Shown: positions 53,820 to 63,439, counted from the stretch's first letter. The stretch is DNA of 64,000 bases from Oscillospiraceae bacterium (GCA_015064395.1 SVSH01000010.1:4890-68889); one strand, 5' to 3'. The notes: generated by a model from the sequence alone, not told the origin. A program made the numbers and translations.

Positions 53820-56495
53820 TTACTGCGCCAGGAGCCGGTGAGTTCCTGCGCCGAGCTCGATCGTAAAGCAACCGTCCTCCAAGGGGAAGTTGGACTTTTG
53901 ACTGTTGATAAACAGCGTGTCCGTGCCGCCGGCTACCGCAGGCAGATATACCGTCGCCTTGGTGTTGGCGGGAACGGTGATCTCTGCTTCGTATGCCTCT
54001 CGGTTCTGCCCCAGCGAAACTACGATCGCTCCCTTGACCGTCGGTACGCGAATGGAGGCGTAGGGCAGGTCGCCGATCTGGGGGCGAACCTCAAACTTGT
54101 GGAAGCCGGGTCGCGTCGGACGAATACCGAACATACCCCGCACGATCATGGAGGCGGGTGCCGATCCCCAAGGATGCGAGAAGGTCATATTTGCCTTTTC
54201 GTTTACGTTCCAGGCCTCGGGTGCGATGGTCACGCCACCGTTGTACAGCGAGGAGGCAAAGGAATGTATGCCGGGCGTCAGATCGCCGTCGGCAAGCAGA
54301 GCGGTCGCATACGCGCCAAAGCCGGCGTGGTACAAAGCATCCAGATGGAAAAATGCACCGTAAATGCTGGTGCGGATCGTCTCCTGACCAACCAGGTGGC
54401 GGCCCAGGGTGTCCTTCATCTCGGCGTCACGGTATACGCCGGTGCAAAGAGCAAAAATAGTTGCGTGCTGCGCGAAATGCTCGACCGGAGCACCCTCGCG
54501 GGTCAAACCGTCGCGGAAGGCCCCCTGCGTGCTGTCGTACAAGCGCTCGATCATATTGTGCCGCAGAGCATCGGCGTCCGCGCGGAAGGCGGTCGCGTCA
54601 TCCTCCTTGCCGAGCACGTGCGCCATGATGGCCATGTCGCGCAAGGAAATATGCATCATAGCGTTGTAAACGGTGTTGTAATAAGCAGCCTGCATCTCGT
54701 AGCCATCCCGTGAATTGACCGGCCAGTCGACCAGAATGGAATTCCAGCCGTTGTGTGGCGCGGCCTTGCTGGGGAACAGCCCCACCTCGGGATCGGGACG
54801 CTCCGAGAGCATCATGTTGCGAAGCCAAGGGTAGGCGCGCTCCAGGAGCGAGCGATTGCCTGAATACAGATAATCCAGGCGCACCATATGTATAGGCATC
54901 AAGGTGTATTCGGCCGGCCAGGTGCGGTGCGTCATCAGATACTCGATGGAAAAGCGGGGGAGCGCCATGCTGGCCTCGTACGTGTAGGCGGACAGCATAT
55001 TGATCAGGGCATCGCCCTCGTAGGCGCAACGCTCGCGCGATTGCGAGTCGACGTAAAGATCCTGATTGGTCGCACAAATGGCGTATTTGAAGGTGTCGTA
55101 CAAGTGGCACAGCACCTCGTTGGAGCAGGCAAATGAGGAAGCGTCGGCATCAAAGGCCTTGCGGATGGCGATGGCCTTGACATCCTCTTCCTTCAATTCC
55201 GCCCGGCAATCGAAAATGTCGACGTAGCGGAAGGTTTTCAGGCTATAATTTTCCAGCGTCTGCACGCCCTCCTTGAGCGTCCAGTTCTCAAGGTACACGT
55301 TACTGGTGCGCATACGGTAGCGGACCGAGCCGTCCTCGTTCAGCTCCTCACCAAAGCAAAGGCGAATGGTGTGGGGTGCGTCAGCCGTCAGCGTCAGGCG
55401 CAGACCGCCGATGACCTCGCGGCCCAAGTCGATGAAATAGTGGCCGTCACCACGGTTCTCTACCAGAGCGACCTCTTGCTCGTAGCGGCCCACCGGATCG
55501 GACGGGTAGGGAGCGAGCAGGCGCTCACCCGAGATTTCAAGGTCCTCCCGCAGGACGGCGGGGTGCCATGCCGATGCGTCAAAACCGACGTTCTCAAAGC
55601 CGAAGGGATACTGCTCGGCGTTGATGTTCTCGGCCTCTGCCTTGAAATAACCGGTGCCGATGGACTGATCGGGACAGAAGGCCGCCTTGCCGTCCAGGGC
55701 GCGGAAGGCTTCCGCGTCACGCGCGCTGTTGAGCAGGATCTTCTTGTCTCCGTCGTCATAAAAGACGGTCAGCTGGCAGAGAAATCCTTTTTCTGCCATG
55801 GTATAGTTCAAGGCACTGATGACGTTGACGTCCTCGCGCAACAGCGAGGTGACGTCGTAGGTGTTGTAGTATAGGATCTCCTCGCCGTCGAAGCTCTTGC
55901 CCATACGGGTCGGGCCAAGGCCGACGAAGTGTCCATTGATAAACAGATGGTATACGTACTGACGGGAGGGCTCGGGAGAGGTGGCGGTGACGCTGATCAG
56001 CGCCCGCTCGATGTCTTCCACATCCGTGATGCGAACCTCGGAGCGGAGGAAAGAAAAGTTTCCGCCGCCCTCGGCATCCTCGCTCCAGATGCCACGGGTG
56101 CTTTCCCAATCCTCGCCTACAGCCGTAGAGAAGGGAACGGGATCGGACACGGCACTCTCCATGCCATTTTTATTGCGCAGCTGAACGGCCCAGTAATACA
56201 GCTCGTTGTCCCGGAGCAGGGTGTCGAGTCCCGCGATGCGGACGTTGCTGCACTCGTCGGTGGCGATCCAGCCGGTGTCCAAGAGATAGTCTCCCTCTTT
56301 CATATCCGACAGACGGTGCGCGATGAAAATGCGATAACTCGTTTGAATGTCCCCGACCTCACCCGAGCGCATGGCCCAGCTGAAGGTGGGCGACTGACGG
56401 GGGATGCCAAAGGGGGCGGCGAGCAGGTTGACCTGCAATTCCTCGGGTGCGGCAAAGCTGAACGAGGAGCCGGTCATTTTCAATTCGGCGTTCAA
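53820..56495 (-). CDS. alpha-L-rhamnosidase (glycoside hydrolase family 78)
   Basis: 891 aa with no signal peptide. The N-terminal rhamnosidase pattern (...PTFSWAM...YRIFIA...) and a six-hairpin catalytic region fit GH78 as I recall it. Confidence 0.8.
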   Translation of the reverse strand: MNAELKMTGSSFSFAAPEELQVNLLAAPFGIPRQSPTFSWAMRSGEVGDIQTSYRIFIAHRLSDMKEGDYLLDTGWIATDECSNVRIAGLDTLLRDNELYYWAVQLRNKNGMESAVSDPVPFSTAVGEDWESTRGIWSEDAEGGGNFSFLRSEVRITDVEDIERALISVTATSPEPSRQYVYHLFINGHFVGLGPTRMGKSFDGEEILYYNTYDVTSLLREDVNVISALNYTMAEKGFLCQLTVFYDDGDKKILLNSARDAEAFRALDGKAAFCPDQSIGTGYFKAEAENINAEQYPFGFENVGFDASAWHPAVLREDLEISGERLLAPYPSDPVGRYEQEVALVENRGDGHYFIDLGREVIGGLRLTLTADAPHTIRLCFGEELNEDGSVRYRMRTSNVYLENWTLKEGVQTLENYSLKTFRYVDIFDCRAELKEEDVKAIAIRKAFDADASSFACSNEVLCHLYDTFKYAICATNQDLYVDSQSRERCAYEGDALINMLSAYTYEASMALPRFSIEYLMTHRTWPAEYTLMPIHMVRLDYLYSGNRSLLERAYPWLRNMMLSERPDPEVGLFPSKAAPHNGWNSILVDWPVNSRDGYEMQAAYYNTVYNAMMHISLRDMAIMAHVLGKEDDATAFRADADALRHNMIERLYDSTQGAFRDGLTREGAPVEHFAQHATIFALCTGVYRDAEMKDTLGRHLVGQETIRTSIYGAFFHLDALYHAGFGAYATALLADGDLTPGIHSFASSLYNGGVTIAPEAWNVNEKANMTFSHPWGSAPASMIVRGMFGIRPTRPGFHKFEVRPQIGDLPYASIRVPTVKGAIVVSLGQNREAYEAEITVPANTKATVYLPAVAGGTDTLFINSQKSNFPLEDGCFTIELGAGTHRLLAQ

Positions 56496-56677
56496 AAGGA
56501 ACTCCTCCTTAAAATAGTTTTGCTATGTGCGCCTTGAGCGCCAAGCGATGGGAAGCACGAGATCTGGTACTACGTGCTACACGTACCATTATATCCCCTT
56601 TCTCCCCGTTTGTCAAGGGTCAGTTAGACGGAGACTGTTGTCGAGGCGAGTCAGCCCCTTATCATGGAGAAATGCGA

Positions 56678-56710
56678 CAAAAAACGAGCCGGGACATCTT
56701 GTCCCGGCCC
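56678..56710 (-). terminator. rho-independent terminator of the SPFH gene
   Basis: GAGCCGGGAC-ATCTT-GTCCCGGCCC preceded by AAAAAA on the plus strand, which is a T-run on the minus strand. Confidence 0.75.
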
Positions 56711-56728
56711 ATCCTTTGAGCGATCAGG

Positions 56729-57751
56729 TTATTCGCCGGCTTGCTCGTCGGTCTCCTCGGTGGTTTCCTCGGGAGCTTGCTCGGTGGCATCTTCTTGGTT
56801 CTTCAGACCATAGATCAAAGCCAGAATGCCCTGCTCATCCATGCCTGCGATAAACTCGGGCATCTTGCCGTCCCACTGCTTGATGGCGTAGTATTCCAGC
56901 AGTACCTCGGTCAGCGACTCGGACAGTGCCTTGTTGACGGCGGCATCCTTCTGACCGGCGTACTCGGCGGCGTCAGCCTGGATCTGCAGAACCTCCTTTT
57001 CCGCCTCTGCCTGGATCTTGACGACCTCGGCATTCGCCTGGGCCGTGATGACCTGACGGTCAGCGGCGGCCTGCTCCTCCATGGTCTTTTGCTCCTGCTC
57101 GGTCTCGGCCTTCAGCTTTTCCTGCTGGGCGACCTGCTTCGCCTCGACCGCCTGGGTGAAGACGTCCGAGAAATCCATATCCTCGATCGCCGTGTTGACG
57201 ACGTCGATATTGTAGACGCTCAACTCCTTCAAAAGGATGTCGGTGATCTGGGAGGAGAGCCTGTCGCGGTTCTCGATCAGCGTTTCGGCCGTGTACTTGG
57301 CGATCACGCTGCGAACAGCCACCTCAATGCGGGGCTGCATCACGACGTCGTAATACTCCTCGCCGATGGTCTTGTAGATGTTCTGTGCGTCGCTCTTCTG
57401 GATCTGATAGTTGATGGAATAGCGAACGGAGACCTCCTGGATGTCGCTGGAGAAGCAGCTCAGGTCAACGACGGACTTCTGGGTGCGGTTGTCCATCACG
57501 ACGACCTTTTGAACGGGGAACTTGAAATGCAGACCGGCCTCCAGCGTGGTGTCCTCCACGCGGCCAAAGGTGGTCAGAATGCCCGTGTGTCCGGTGGGAA
57601 CGACGGCAAACATGCCGCCGATCAACCACAGGCAGCCAAGCAGCGAGAGGAGCTGACGGGGACGCAGCTTCCACTTTTTCTCCGCAACCGAAATGCCGAG
57701 AACGATGAAAAGAACCAGCGCGGTGACCAGGGATAAAATGATAAATGCCAT
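56729..57751 (-). CDS. SPFH/band-7 (prohibitin-like) membrane protein
   Basis: 340 aa. N-terminal TM, then the SPFH domain, then a coiled-coil AQQEKLKAETEQEQ region and an acidic tail. Confidence 0.85.
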   Translation of the reverse strand: MAFIILSLVTALVLFIVLGISVAEKKWKLRPRQLLSLLGCLWLIGGMFAVVPTGHTGILTTFGRVEDTTLEAGLHFKFPVQKVVVMDNRTQKSVVDLSCFSSDIQEVSVRYSINYQIQKSDAQNIYKTIGEEYYDVVMQPRIEVAVRSVIAKYTAETLIENRDRLSSQITDILLKELSVYNIDVVNTAIEDMDFSDVFTQAVEAKQVAQQEKLKAETEQEQKTMEEQAAADRQVITAQANAEVVKIQAEAEKEVLQIQADAAEYAGQKDAAVNKALSESLTEVLLEYYAIKQWDGKMPEFIAGMDEQGILALIYGLKNQEDATEQAPEETTEETDEQAGE

Positions 57752-57780
57752 AGGTAACTCCTTCTGCCCGTGGGGCGTAT

Positions 57781-57828
57781 AAAAATATCACGCGACCGTG
57801 TATCATAATTATAACACGCGGTCACGTG
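57781..57828 (-). terminator. candidate terminator of trkH, which may overlap the SPFH promoter
   Basis: Imperfect inverted repeat TCACGCGACCGTGT (57788-57801) with ACACGCGGTCACGTGA (57813-57828). An A/T-rich run on the minus-strand 3' side. The loop contains TATAAT-like sequence. Confidence 0.5.
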
Positions 57829-57860
57829 ATTGTCAATAGGTTGTCAAAAGATTTTGAAAA

Positions 57861-59339
57861 TTATTTTTTAGACCAAGCGGAGGGCAGGAACAGAATGAGG
57901 ATGGGGAACAGCTCCAGACGCCCCAGCAGCATATTGAAGGAAAGTAACAGCTTGGATGCAACGGTAAAGCCGCCAAAGCTGCCACCGCCCAGAATACCAA
58001 GCTCACCCAGGCCCGGGCCGACGTTGTTCAGACAGGAGGCCACGGCGGTGAAGGAAGTGAGCAGATCGGAACGGTTCAATATCATCAAAAGCACCGTCGA
58101 AAGGGTAAAGATGAGCATGAAGAGAGAAAAATAGGCGTTGACACCGCGGATGGTATCGTCGTCTGCCGGCTTGCCCTCGACGCGCACGGCGCGTACCTCG
58201 CGAGGGCGCAGGATAAAGCGGAGCTCGCGGAAGGCGCTTTTGATCAAAATGATGAGACGGCTGATCTTCAGTCCGCCGCAGGTCGAGCCGGCGCAGCCAC
58301 CGATGAACATGAGCAATACCAGGATAGCCTGTGAGAGCTGTGGCCAGGCGTCGTAGGTGGCGGTGGTAAAGCCCGTGGTCGAAATGAATGAGGAGACGGT
58401 GAAGGCTGCATCACGCAGGGCGATGGCAAAGCTATCGTATCCCGGCAGGATATTGAGTGTGACGATGGTGACCGAGGAGGCGACCACAATCAAAAACCAG
58501 CGAAGCTCCTCGCTCTTCAGCGCTTGGGACACGTGACCGATCAGTATCAGATAGTACAGGTTAAAATTGATCGAAAAGATCAACATAAAGGCGGTGATGA
58601 CCCAGTGGATATAGGAGCTGTCAAACGCCCCGATGGAGGTGTTCATGTTAGAAAAGCCACCGGTTCCCGCCGTGGAAAAGGTGTGGAGCACCGCGTCAAA
58701 CAACGACATACCGCCGAACAGCAAGCATACGATCTCGATCAGGGTCAGGGCTACATAGATGGCATACATAATGATCGCCGAGCGACGGATGGTTGCCACC
58801 ACCTTGGTGGCGGTCGGACCGGGCACCTCGGCGCGCATGGCGTGCATCAGGCGTGCGGACTTGAACTGCTGCTGGGGCATAACGGCCAGAACGAAAACGA
58901 GGACGCCCATGCCGCCGATCCAGTGGGTCAGCGAGCGCCACAGCGCAATGCCGTGATCCAGATCCCCGGGCAGTGTGCCGACGGCGTCGCCCAGCACGGT
59001 CGCACCCGTGGTGGTAAAGCCGGAGACGGTTTCAAAGAAGGCGTCAACGGGATGGGGAATCGCACCGCTGATGATGAAGGGTAGCATACCAAACAGCGAC
59101 AGCACCACCCAGGAAACCCCCACGACGAACAAGCCGTCGCGCACGCCCATGCGGTCGCGCTCTGCCGGACGGCGCAGCGTGAGCAGCGTGCCTGCGATGA
59201 GCAGCAGAAGGATGGGGATGAGCAGGGCGTGCCACGAGTCCTCCCGGTAGATCAGCGAGCAGGCAAAGGGAAGCAACATCAGTAGCCCCTCGACGCGCAT
59301 GATCTGGCCGATGATATAAAGAATCAAACGTAAATTCAT
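57861..59339 (-). CDS. trkH: TrkH-family potassium uptake membrane subunit
   Basis: 492 aa, polytopic, with repeated selectivity-filter-like TTTG/TAGTGG/STTGFT/CAGSTCGG segments. Confidence 0.9.
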   Translation of the reverse strand: MNLRLILYIIGQIMRVEGLLMLLPFACSLIYREDSWHALLIPILLLLIAGTLLTLRRPAERDRMGVRDGLFVVGVSWVVLSLFGMLPFIISGAIPHPVDAFFETVSGFTTTGATVLGDAVGTLPGDLDHGIALWRSLTHWIGGMGVLVFVLAVMPQQQFKSARLMHAMRAEVPGPTATKVVATIRRSAIIMYAIYVALTLIEIVCLLFGGMSLFDAVLHTFSTAGTGGFSNMNTSIGAFDSSYIHWVITAFMLIFSINFNLYYLILIGHVSQALKSEELRWFLIVVASSVTIVTLNILPGYDSFAIALRDAAFTVSSFISTTGFTTATYDAWPQLSQAILVLLMFIGGCAGSTCGGLKISRLIILIKSAFRELRFILRPREVRAVRVEGKPADDDTIRGVNAYFSLFMLIFTLSTVLLMILNRSDLLTSFTAVASCLNNVGPGLGELGILGGGSFGGFTVASKLLLSFNMLLGRLELFPILILFLPSAWSKK

Positions 59340-59349
59340 GAAGTAAACC

Positions 59350-60762
59350 TCAATCCAGAATGTCGTTCAGCTCGGACAGCTGGGGATTGGTGGTGACGAC
59401 GATAACGCTGTCTCCAGCCTCCAGCGTACTGCCGCCGTGGGGGTAAATGACCTTGCCCGCGCGGACGATAGAAGCGATCAGGGTGTTGGGCTTGAGCTTG
59501 AATTCGGGGGACATCAGGGGGATGCCCGGCTTGCGGAAGTGGCGATCAACGTCGAACTCCAGCGCCTCGGCGCGGTCATCGCACAGCTTGTACAGCGACT
59601 TGATGCCGACGGAATGCTCCCGGCCTGGGTCTCCTTCCTCCCCGCCTCGTTTTTGTACCATTTTTTTGCCGTTCTCCAGGCCGCGCAGGTAACGAAGCAC
59701 GGTGGTCGAGGAGATCTGGCGGGGGGAAACGGTGCAGTCAATGCCCAATTCGGGTAGCATTTTGATAAAGGACAGACGGTCGATCTTGGTGATGATGCGC
59801 TCGACGCCCTGCGTGCGGGCAAACATCGAAACGATGACGTTTTCCTCGTCGTTGCCGGTCAGCGCGATGCAGGCATCCATCTCGGCAAGTCCCTCCTCCT
59901 CCAAAATTTCTCCATTGGTGCAATCCGCCGCGATGATGGTGGAGTTGGGCAGCAGGGTGGAGAGATCTTGGGCGCGGGACTCGTCGATCTCGACGATGCG
60001 GGTGCGGATGTTCAGCCGGGTCAGGTGCTGTGCCAGGTAATAAGCGATGCGACCGCCGCCCAGCAGCATGACGTCGCGGACGGGCTTGCCCATCAGACCC
60101 AGCTTGCCGAAGAAGGAGGACAGATCGGTGTGCGAGGCGGTGATACTGATATTATCTCCCGCCATAATGGTGAAATCACCGGAAGGGATGAACACCTGTT
60201 CGCCGCGGCGAATGGCGCACACCAGCACGCGAACGCCAAACAGGGAGGATAGCGTGTACAGCTGCTTGCCGGCCAGGGGATGCCCTTCCGAGACGTAGAT
60301 CTCGGCCATATCGACCTGCCCCTTGGCAAAGGCGTCTATTTTAAGGGCGGCAGGGAAGCGGATCAGGCGAGCGATCTCGCGGGCGGTATCGTATTCGGGA
60401 TTGACGACCAGGTCAATGCCCAGGTGGTTACGGAGAAAATTATTCTCGCGGGAATATTCAGGGTCACGGACGCGGGCAATGGTGTGGGCGGCACCCAGGC
60501 TTTTGGCCATCATACAGCAGACCATATTCAATTCGTCGGTATTGGTGACGGCGATAAACAGATCGGCATCCGGGACGCCGGCCTCCAGTTGAACGGCCTG
60601 GCTGGCGCCGTTTCCTGCGACGCCCAGCACGTCGTATTGGTTTACAACGCGGTTGATCAGGGCAGGGTTTTTATCGATCACGGTCACGCTGTGGCCTTCG
60701 CCGGAGATATAGCGGACGAGGGTGTCGCCGACCTTACCGTCGCCTACGATTACGATGTTCAT
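59350..60762 (-). CDS. trkA: Trk system NAD-binding peripheral subunit TrkA (tandem RCK)
   Basis: 470 aa from MNIVIVGDGKVG (AAAGGAG RBS). A second Rossmann domain starts at VMLLGGGRIA. The upstream extension in the track ORF is repeat R10. Confidence 0.9.
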   Translation of the reverse strand: MNIVIVGDGKVGDTLVRYISGEGHSVTVIDKNPALINRVVNQYDVLGVAGNGASQAVQLEAGVPDADLFIAVTNTDELNMVCCMMAKSLGAAHTIARVRDPEYSRENNFLRNHLGIDLVVNPEYDTAREIARLIRFPAALKIDAFAKGQVDMAEIYVSEGHPLAGKQLYTLSSLFGVRVLVCAIRRGEQVFIPSGDFTIMAGDNISITASHTDLSSFFGKLGLMGKPVRDVMLLGGGRIAYYLAQHLTRLNIRTRIVEIDESRAQDLSTLLPNSTIIAADCTNGEILEEEGLAEMDACIALTGNDEENVIVSMFARTQGVERIITKIDRLSFIKMLPELGIDCTVSPRQISSTTVLRYLRGLENGKKMVQKRGGEEGDPGREHSVGIKSLYKLCDDRAEALEFDVDRHFRKPGIPLMSPEFKLKPNTLIASIVRAGKVIYPHGGSTLEAGDSVIVVTTNPQLSELNDILD

Positions 60763-60866
60763 ATGGGCTCCTTTGTTTGAAATGATGGGTGATGTGGGTA
60801 TATGATAATACTTTTTTGGAAAAATTGCAATAGGTTTTGGGATATTTTGTTTTAGGGAGAATGAGG

Positions 60867-61432
60867 TTTTAACAACTTCTCCTCCCCACGCGCACCCAGC
60901 TTCGCGCGTGCGCTGTGCGAATGATGCCACTTCTTGGCACGCCCCAAGAAGTGGCGGAAGAAGGGCGCCAAAGGGCCTGGAGCCCTTTGAAAACCCGCAG
61001 TGCGTCTTTGTGGGCGCTACGCTCTCGCTCCGCGCAACACGACGCAAAAATCTACAGTTTCAGCGCTTGCGTTTGCAAGTTAAAAAAACTTGCAAACACG
61101 GAAGGTGCACGCAAGATGCGATAGTAAAAAGCTCTTGCTGTCGTTCAACGCGGCTTATGACAGCATAGCTTTTTCGCAAAACGGAAAGCAAAGCCTCTTG
61201 CTTCCTCCACATGCCGCTCGTGGTGACAAGAGTTGAGGCACAGCATCAAAAGGGTTTATGTAATCTCTCGTCTTCCTCTTTGTAGAGCGGCAATGCCGGG
61301 GGTCCCCAGGGGGAACGCCTGGGCGCGTTTCTTGGCTACTTCTTGCCGCGCGGCAAGAAGTAGCATCAAAAAACCGGTACACCGAGCGCGCGGAGCTGGG
61401 CGAGGCAAAAGAAGAAGTTGTTTGAAATTTAG
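60867..61432 (+). repeat. modular repeat element, locus R10 (full-length beta form, TIR-bounded, 566 bp)
   Basis: Left end TTTTAACAACTTCTCCTCCCCACGCGCACCCAGCTTCGCGCG. The right end reverse-complemented reads ATTTCAAACAACTTCTTCTTTTGCCTCGCCCAGCTCCGCGCG. All modules are present. Confidence 0.92.
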
Positions 61433-61449
61433 CCATATCCAAATACTCA

Positions 61450-61488
61450 ATAAAAAAACAAGGAAGACCCCTGCAAAGAAGTCTTCCT
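61450..61488 (-). terminator. rho-independent terminator of the URO-D family gene
   Basis: AGGAAGAC-CCCTGCAAAGAA-GTCTTCCT preceded by AAAAAAA on the plus strand, which is a T-run on the minus strand. Confidence 0.75.
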
Positions 61489-61498
61489 CCAATCATAT

Positions 61499-62500
61499 TC
61501 AACGATAAAAATCTCCCACCGCGCGGAAAAATGCATCAATATTCTCCCACTTCGCCCGGGGCGGTACGTCACATCCCGACGAAATAACGAAGTTGCTGTG
61601 TGCCGAGCACTGCTCAAGCAACGCGGTCGTCGCCGCATATACCCCCTCAGGCGTTCCCTCGGTCAGCTGTCCCACAGGATCAATATTGCCCATCACCACA
61701 ACGTCCGCGGGCATCTTCTCCAGTGCCGCCTTCATGTCAATGGCATTGCCAAAGTGATACGCCGCCGCACCGCATTCGACGATGGGATCGATCAGACGCA
61801 GCACCGCACCGCCGCAGTTGTGATAGATGACGATAAACTCGTCGTCCTGCACCGCGTCCACGATGCGCTTCATGTAAGGCGCGGCAAATTCCTCCATCAG
61901 GGCAGGAGAAAGCAAGCCCGCCAAGGGCTCGGCCACCATCACGCCGCCCGCTCCCGTCTTTCGATAGGCGCGGATGTAGCGAATGAGAAATTCAGTTGCC
62001 TTTTCCAGCACGACGTGCACCATGTCGGGCTCGTCGTAGCATAGCATCATGATCTCGGTCACGTCAAGAAGACGGCCGGCCAGAGAGAAGGGACCGATCA
62101 CACCCGCAAAGACGGGACGGTCGGTGATCAGCTCGCAAGCCTTGCGAATGGCCTCTACGTAAAGCCCTGCCCGGGTATCCTCAATGTTGGGGAGTACCAG
62201 TGCACGCGCCTCGTCCTCGGTTTCGATGACGCGGCCGGTCAAGGCAGGGACCTCGTCCTCACAGACCTTAACGGGCGCACCCAGCGCCTCGGCCTCGACC
62301 GACAGGTCCATCATGCTCACCGCCGCGGCGCTGTTTGTGCGCTCGGCGATCAGCTTCATACCGTGCGCCTGCATCTCGGACGAGGAGATCAGATCGCGAA
62401 CGGTCGTATTCATCAGTTGGATGGAAGGGAACGACAAAATGGGAAGCGCACGCTTAACGGAAGATGTGCGCAGGTCGTTGATCCATTGCTTCATATTCAT
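61499..62500 (-). CDS. uroporphyrinogen decarboxylase (URO-D) family protein, probably a methylcobamide-type methyltransferase (MtaA/MtbA-like)
   Basis: 333 aa. Size and pattern (...MMDLSVEAEALGA...IYHNCG...) resemble the URO-D-fold corrinoid methyltransferases of anaerobes. The specific function is inferred. Confidence 0.7.
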   Translation of the reverse strand: MNMKQWINDLRTSSVKRALPILSFPSIQLMNTTVRDLISSSEMQAHGMKLIAERTNSAAAVSMMDLSVEAEALGAPVKVCEDEVPALTGRVIETEDEARALVLPNIEDTRAGLYVEAIRKACELITDRPVFAGVIGPFSLAGRLLDVTEIMMLCYDEPDMVHVVLEKATEFLIRYIRAYRKTGAGGVMVAEPLAGLLSPALMEEFAAPYMKRIVDAVQDDEFIVIYHNCGGAVLRLIDPIVECGAAAYHFGNAIDMKAALEKMPADVVVMGNIDPVGQLTEGTPEGVYAATTALLEQCSAHSNFVISSGCDVPPRAKWENIDAFFRAVGDFYR

Positions 62501-62593
62501 GGGGAGATTACCATTCCTTTGGAATAATTGAGTCGCTTAGGCTACCACGGGTAGTATACAATATATTTTTGTGTTTGTCCAGTAGTTTATGGT

Positions 62594-62642
62594 AAAAAAT
62601 CAAAAATAAAGGAGAGCCGCCCGCATATGCGGATGGCCCTCC
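62594..62642 (-). terminator. rho-independent terminator of the 172-aa secreted-protein gene
   Basis: GGAGAGCCGCCCGC-ATAT-GCGGATGGCCCTCC preceded by an A-rich run on the plus strand, which is a T-run on the minus strand. Confidence 0.65.
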
Positions 62643-62655
62643 GAAAAGAGCAAAT

Positions 62656-63174
62656 TTATCGGGACTTGTTTCTTTTGGGAAGCAGGGCCAGAATGACCAG
62701 CGCCACTGCGAGCACAACGAGGATGGCGACGATCCAGCCGATCGGGCCGGATGTTTCGGCGTTTTCTGCCGATCCGTTCATCGTACCCGGATCCAGTATC
62801 TCGTTTGCTCCGTCGCGTGCCGGTGTCGCACCATCTTGGACGACGATGCCGCCTTCGCTTCCGTTACTTCCGTCTGCGTCCTCCGGCATTGTGGGTGTGC
62901 CGGGCTCATCCGGAAGAATCCCGTGCGCAAAATCGTCTTGCGCCGGTGCGCGGTCAGCGCCGCGCGAGCTGTTTCCGATCCGCCCGTCCTCGTCCGTCAC
63001 CCGTCCGTCCTCACTCTGCATCATGACCGATTCGGTCGGATGTCCGTTGCTGTTGCCACGGGCCGCTTCAAGAGCAGACGCCGTGGGTGTCAGCAGTAAA
63101 ACAAGCATACAAAGCGAGAGCAAAAGGGCAAACGGGAAGGACAGGTGTCCCATCGGTCGAGGGGATTGTCTCAT
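62656..63174 (-). CDS. secreted low-complexity protein with a C-terminal TM anchor and basic tail
   Basis: 172 aa. Signal-peptide-like N-terminus (FALLLSLCMLVLLLTPTASA), a D/E/G/P-rich middle, and the C-terminus IGWIVAILVVLAVALVILALL-PKRNKSR. It has its own terminator. The opposite-strand ORF 62627..63604 looks non-coding. Confidence 0.5.
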   Translation of the reverse strand: MRQSPRPMGHLSFPFALLLSLCMLVLLLTPTASALEAARGNSNGHPTESVMMQSEDGRVTDEDGRIGNSSRGADRAPAQDDFAHGILPDEPGTPTMPEDADGSNGSEGGIVVQDGATPARDGANEILDPGTMNGSAENAETSGPIGWIVAILVVLAVALVILALLPKRNKSR

Positions 63175-63410
63175 GCCGTCTCGATTTCCTTTCCTTGTGA
63201 GAACCGCACGGCCGTCATCCGTGCGTCCTGATGCGGCCGATGCGAGATCTCACTGTCCGACGTGTTGCCGACCACGTCGGATCGACTCTCACGTCACTCA
63301 TAGTATCGGAGCGGGGACGCCGATTTATGCGCGTTTATATATATGGAATAAAATTCCTCGAAAAAAGCGCAAAAAGTGCAAAAAAAGTTTGAAATCTTAT
63401 GAAAAAACGC

Positions 63411-63439
63411 TTGACAAGACAAAAAGACTATGGTATAAT
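63411..63439 (+). promoter_or_regulatory. consensus sigma-A promoter of rpmG-secE
   Basis: TTGACA (63411-63416), 17-nt spacer, TGgTATAAT (-10 at 63434-63439). Confidence 0.75.
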
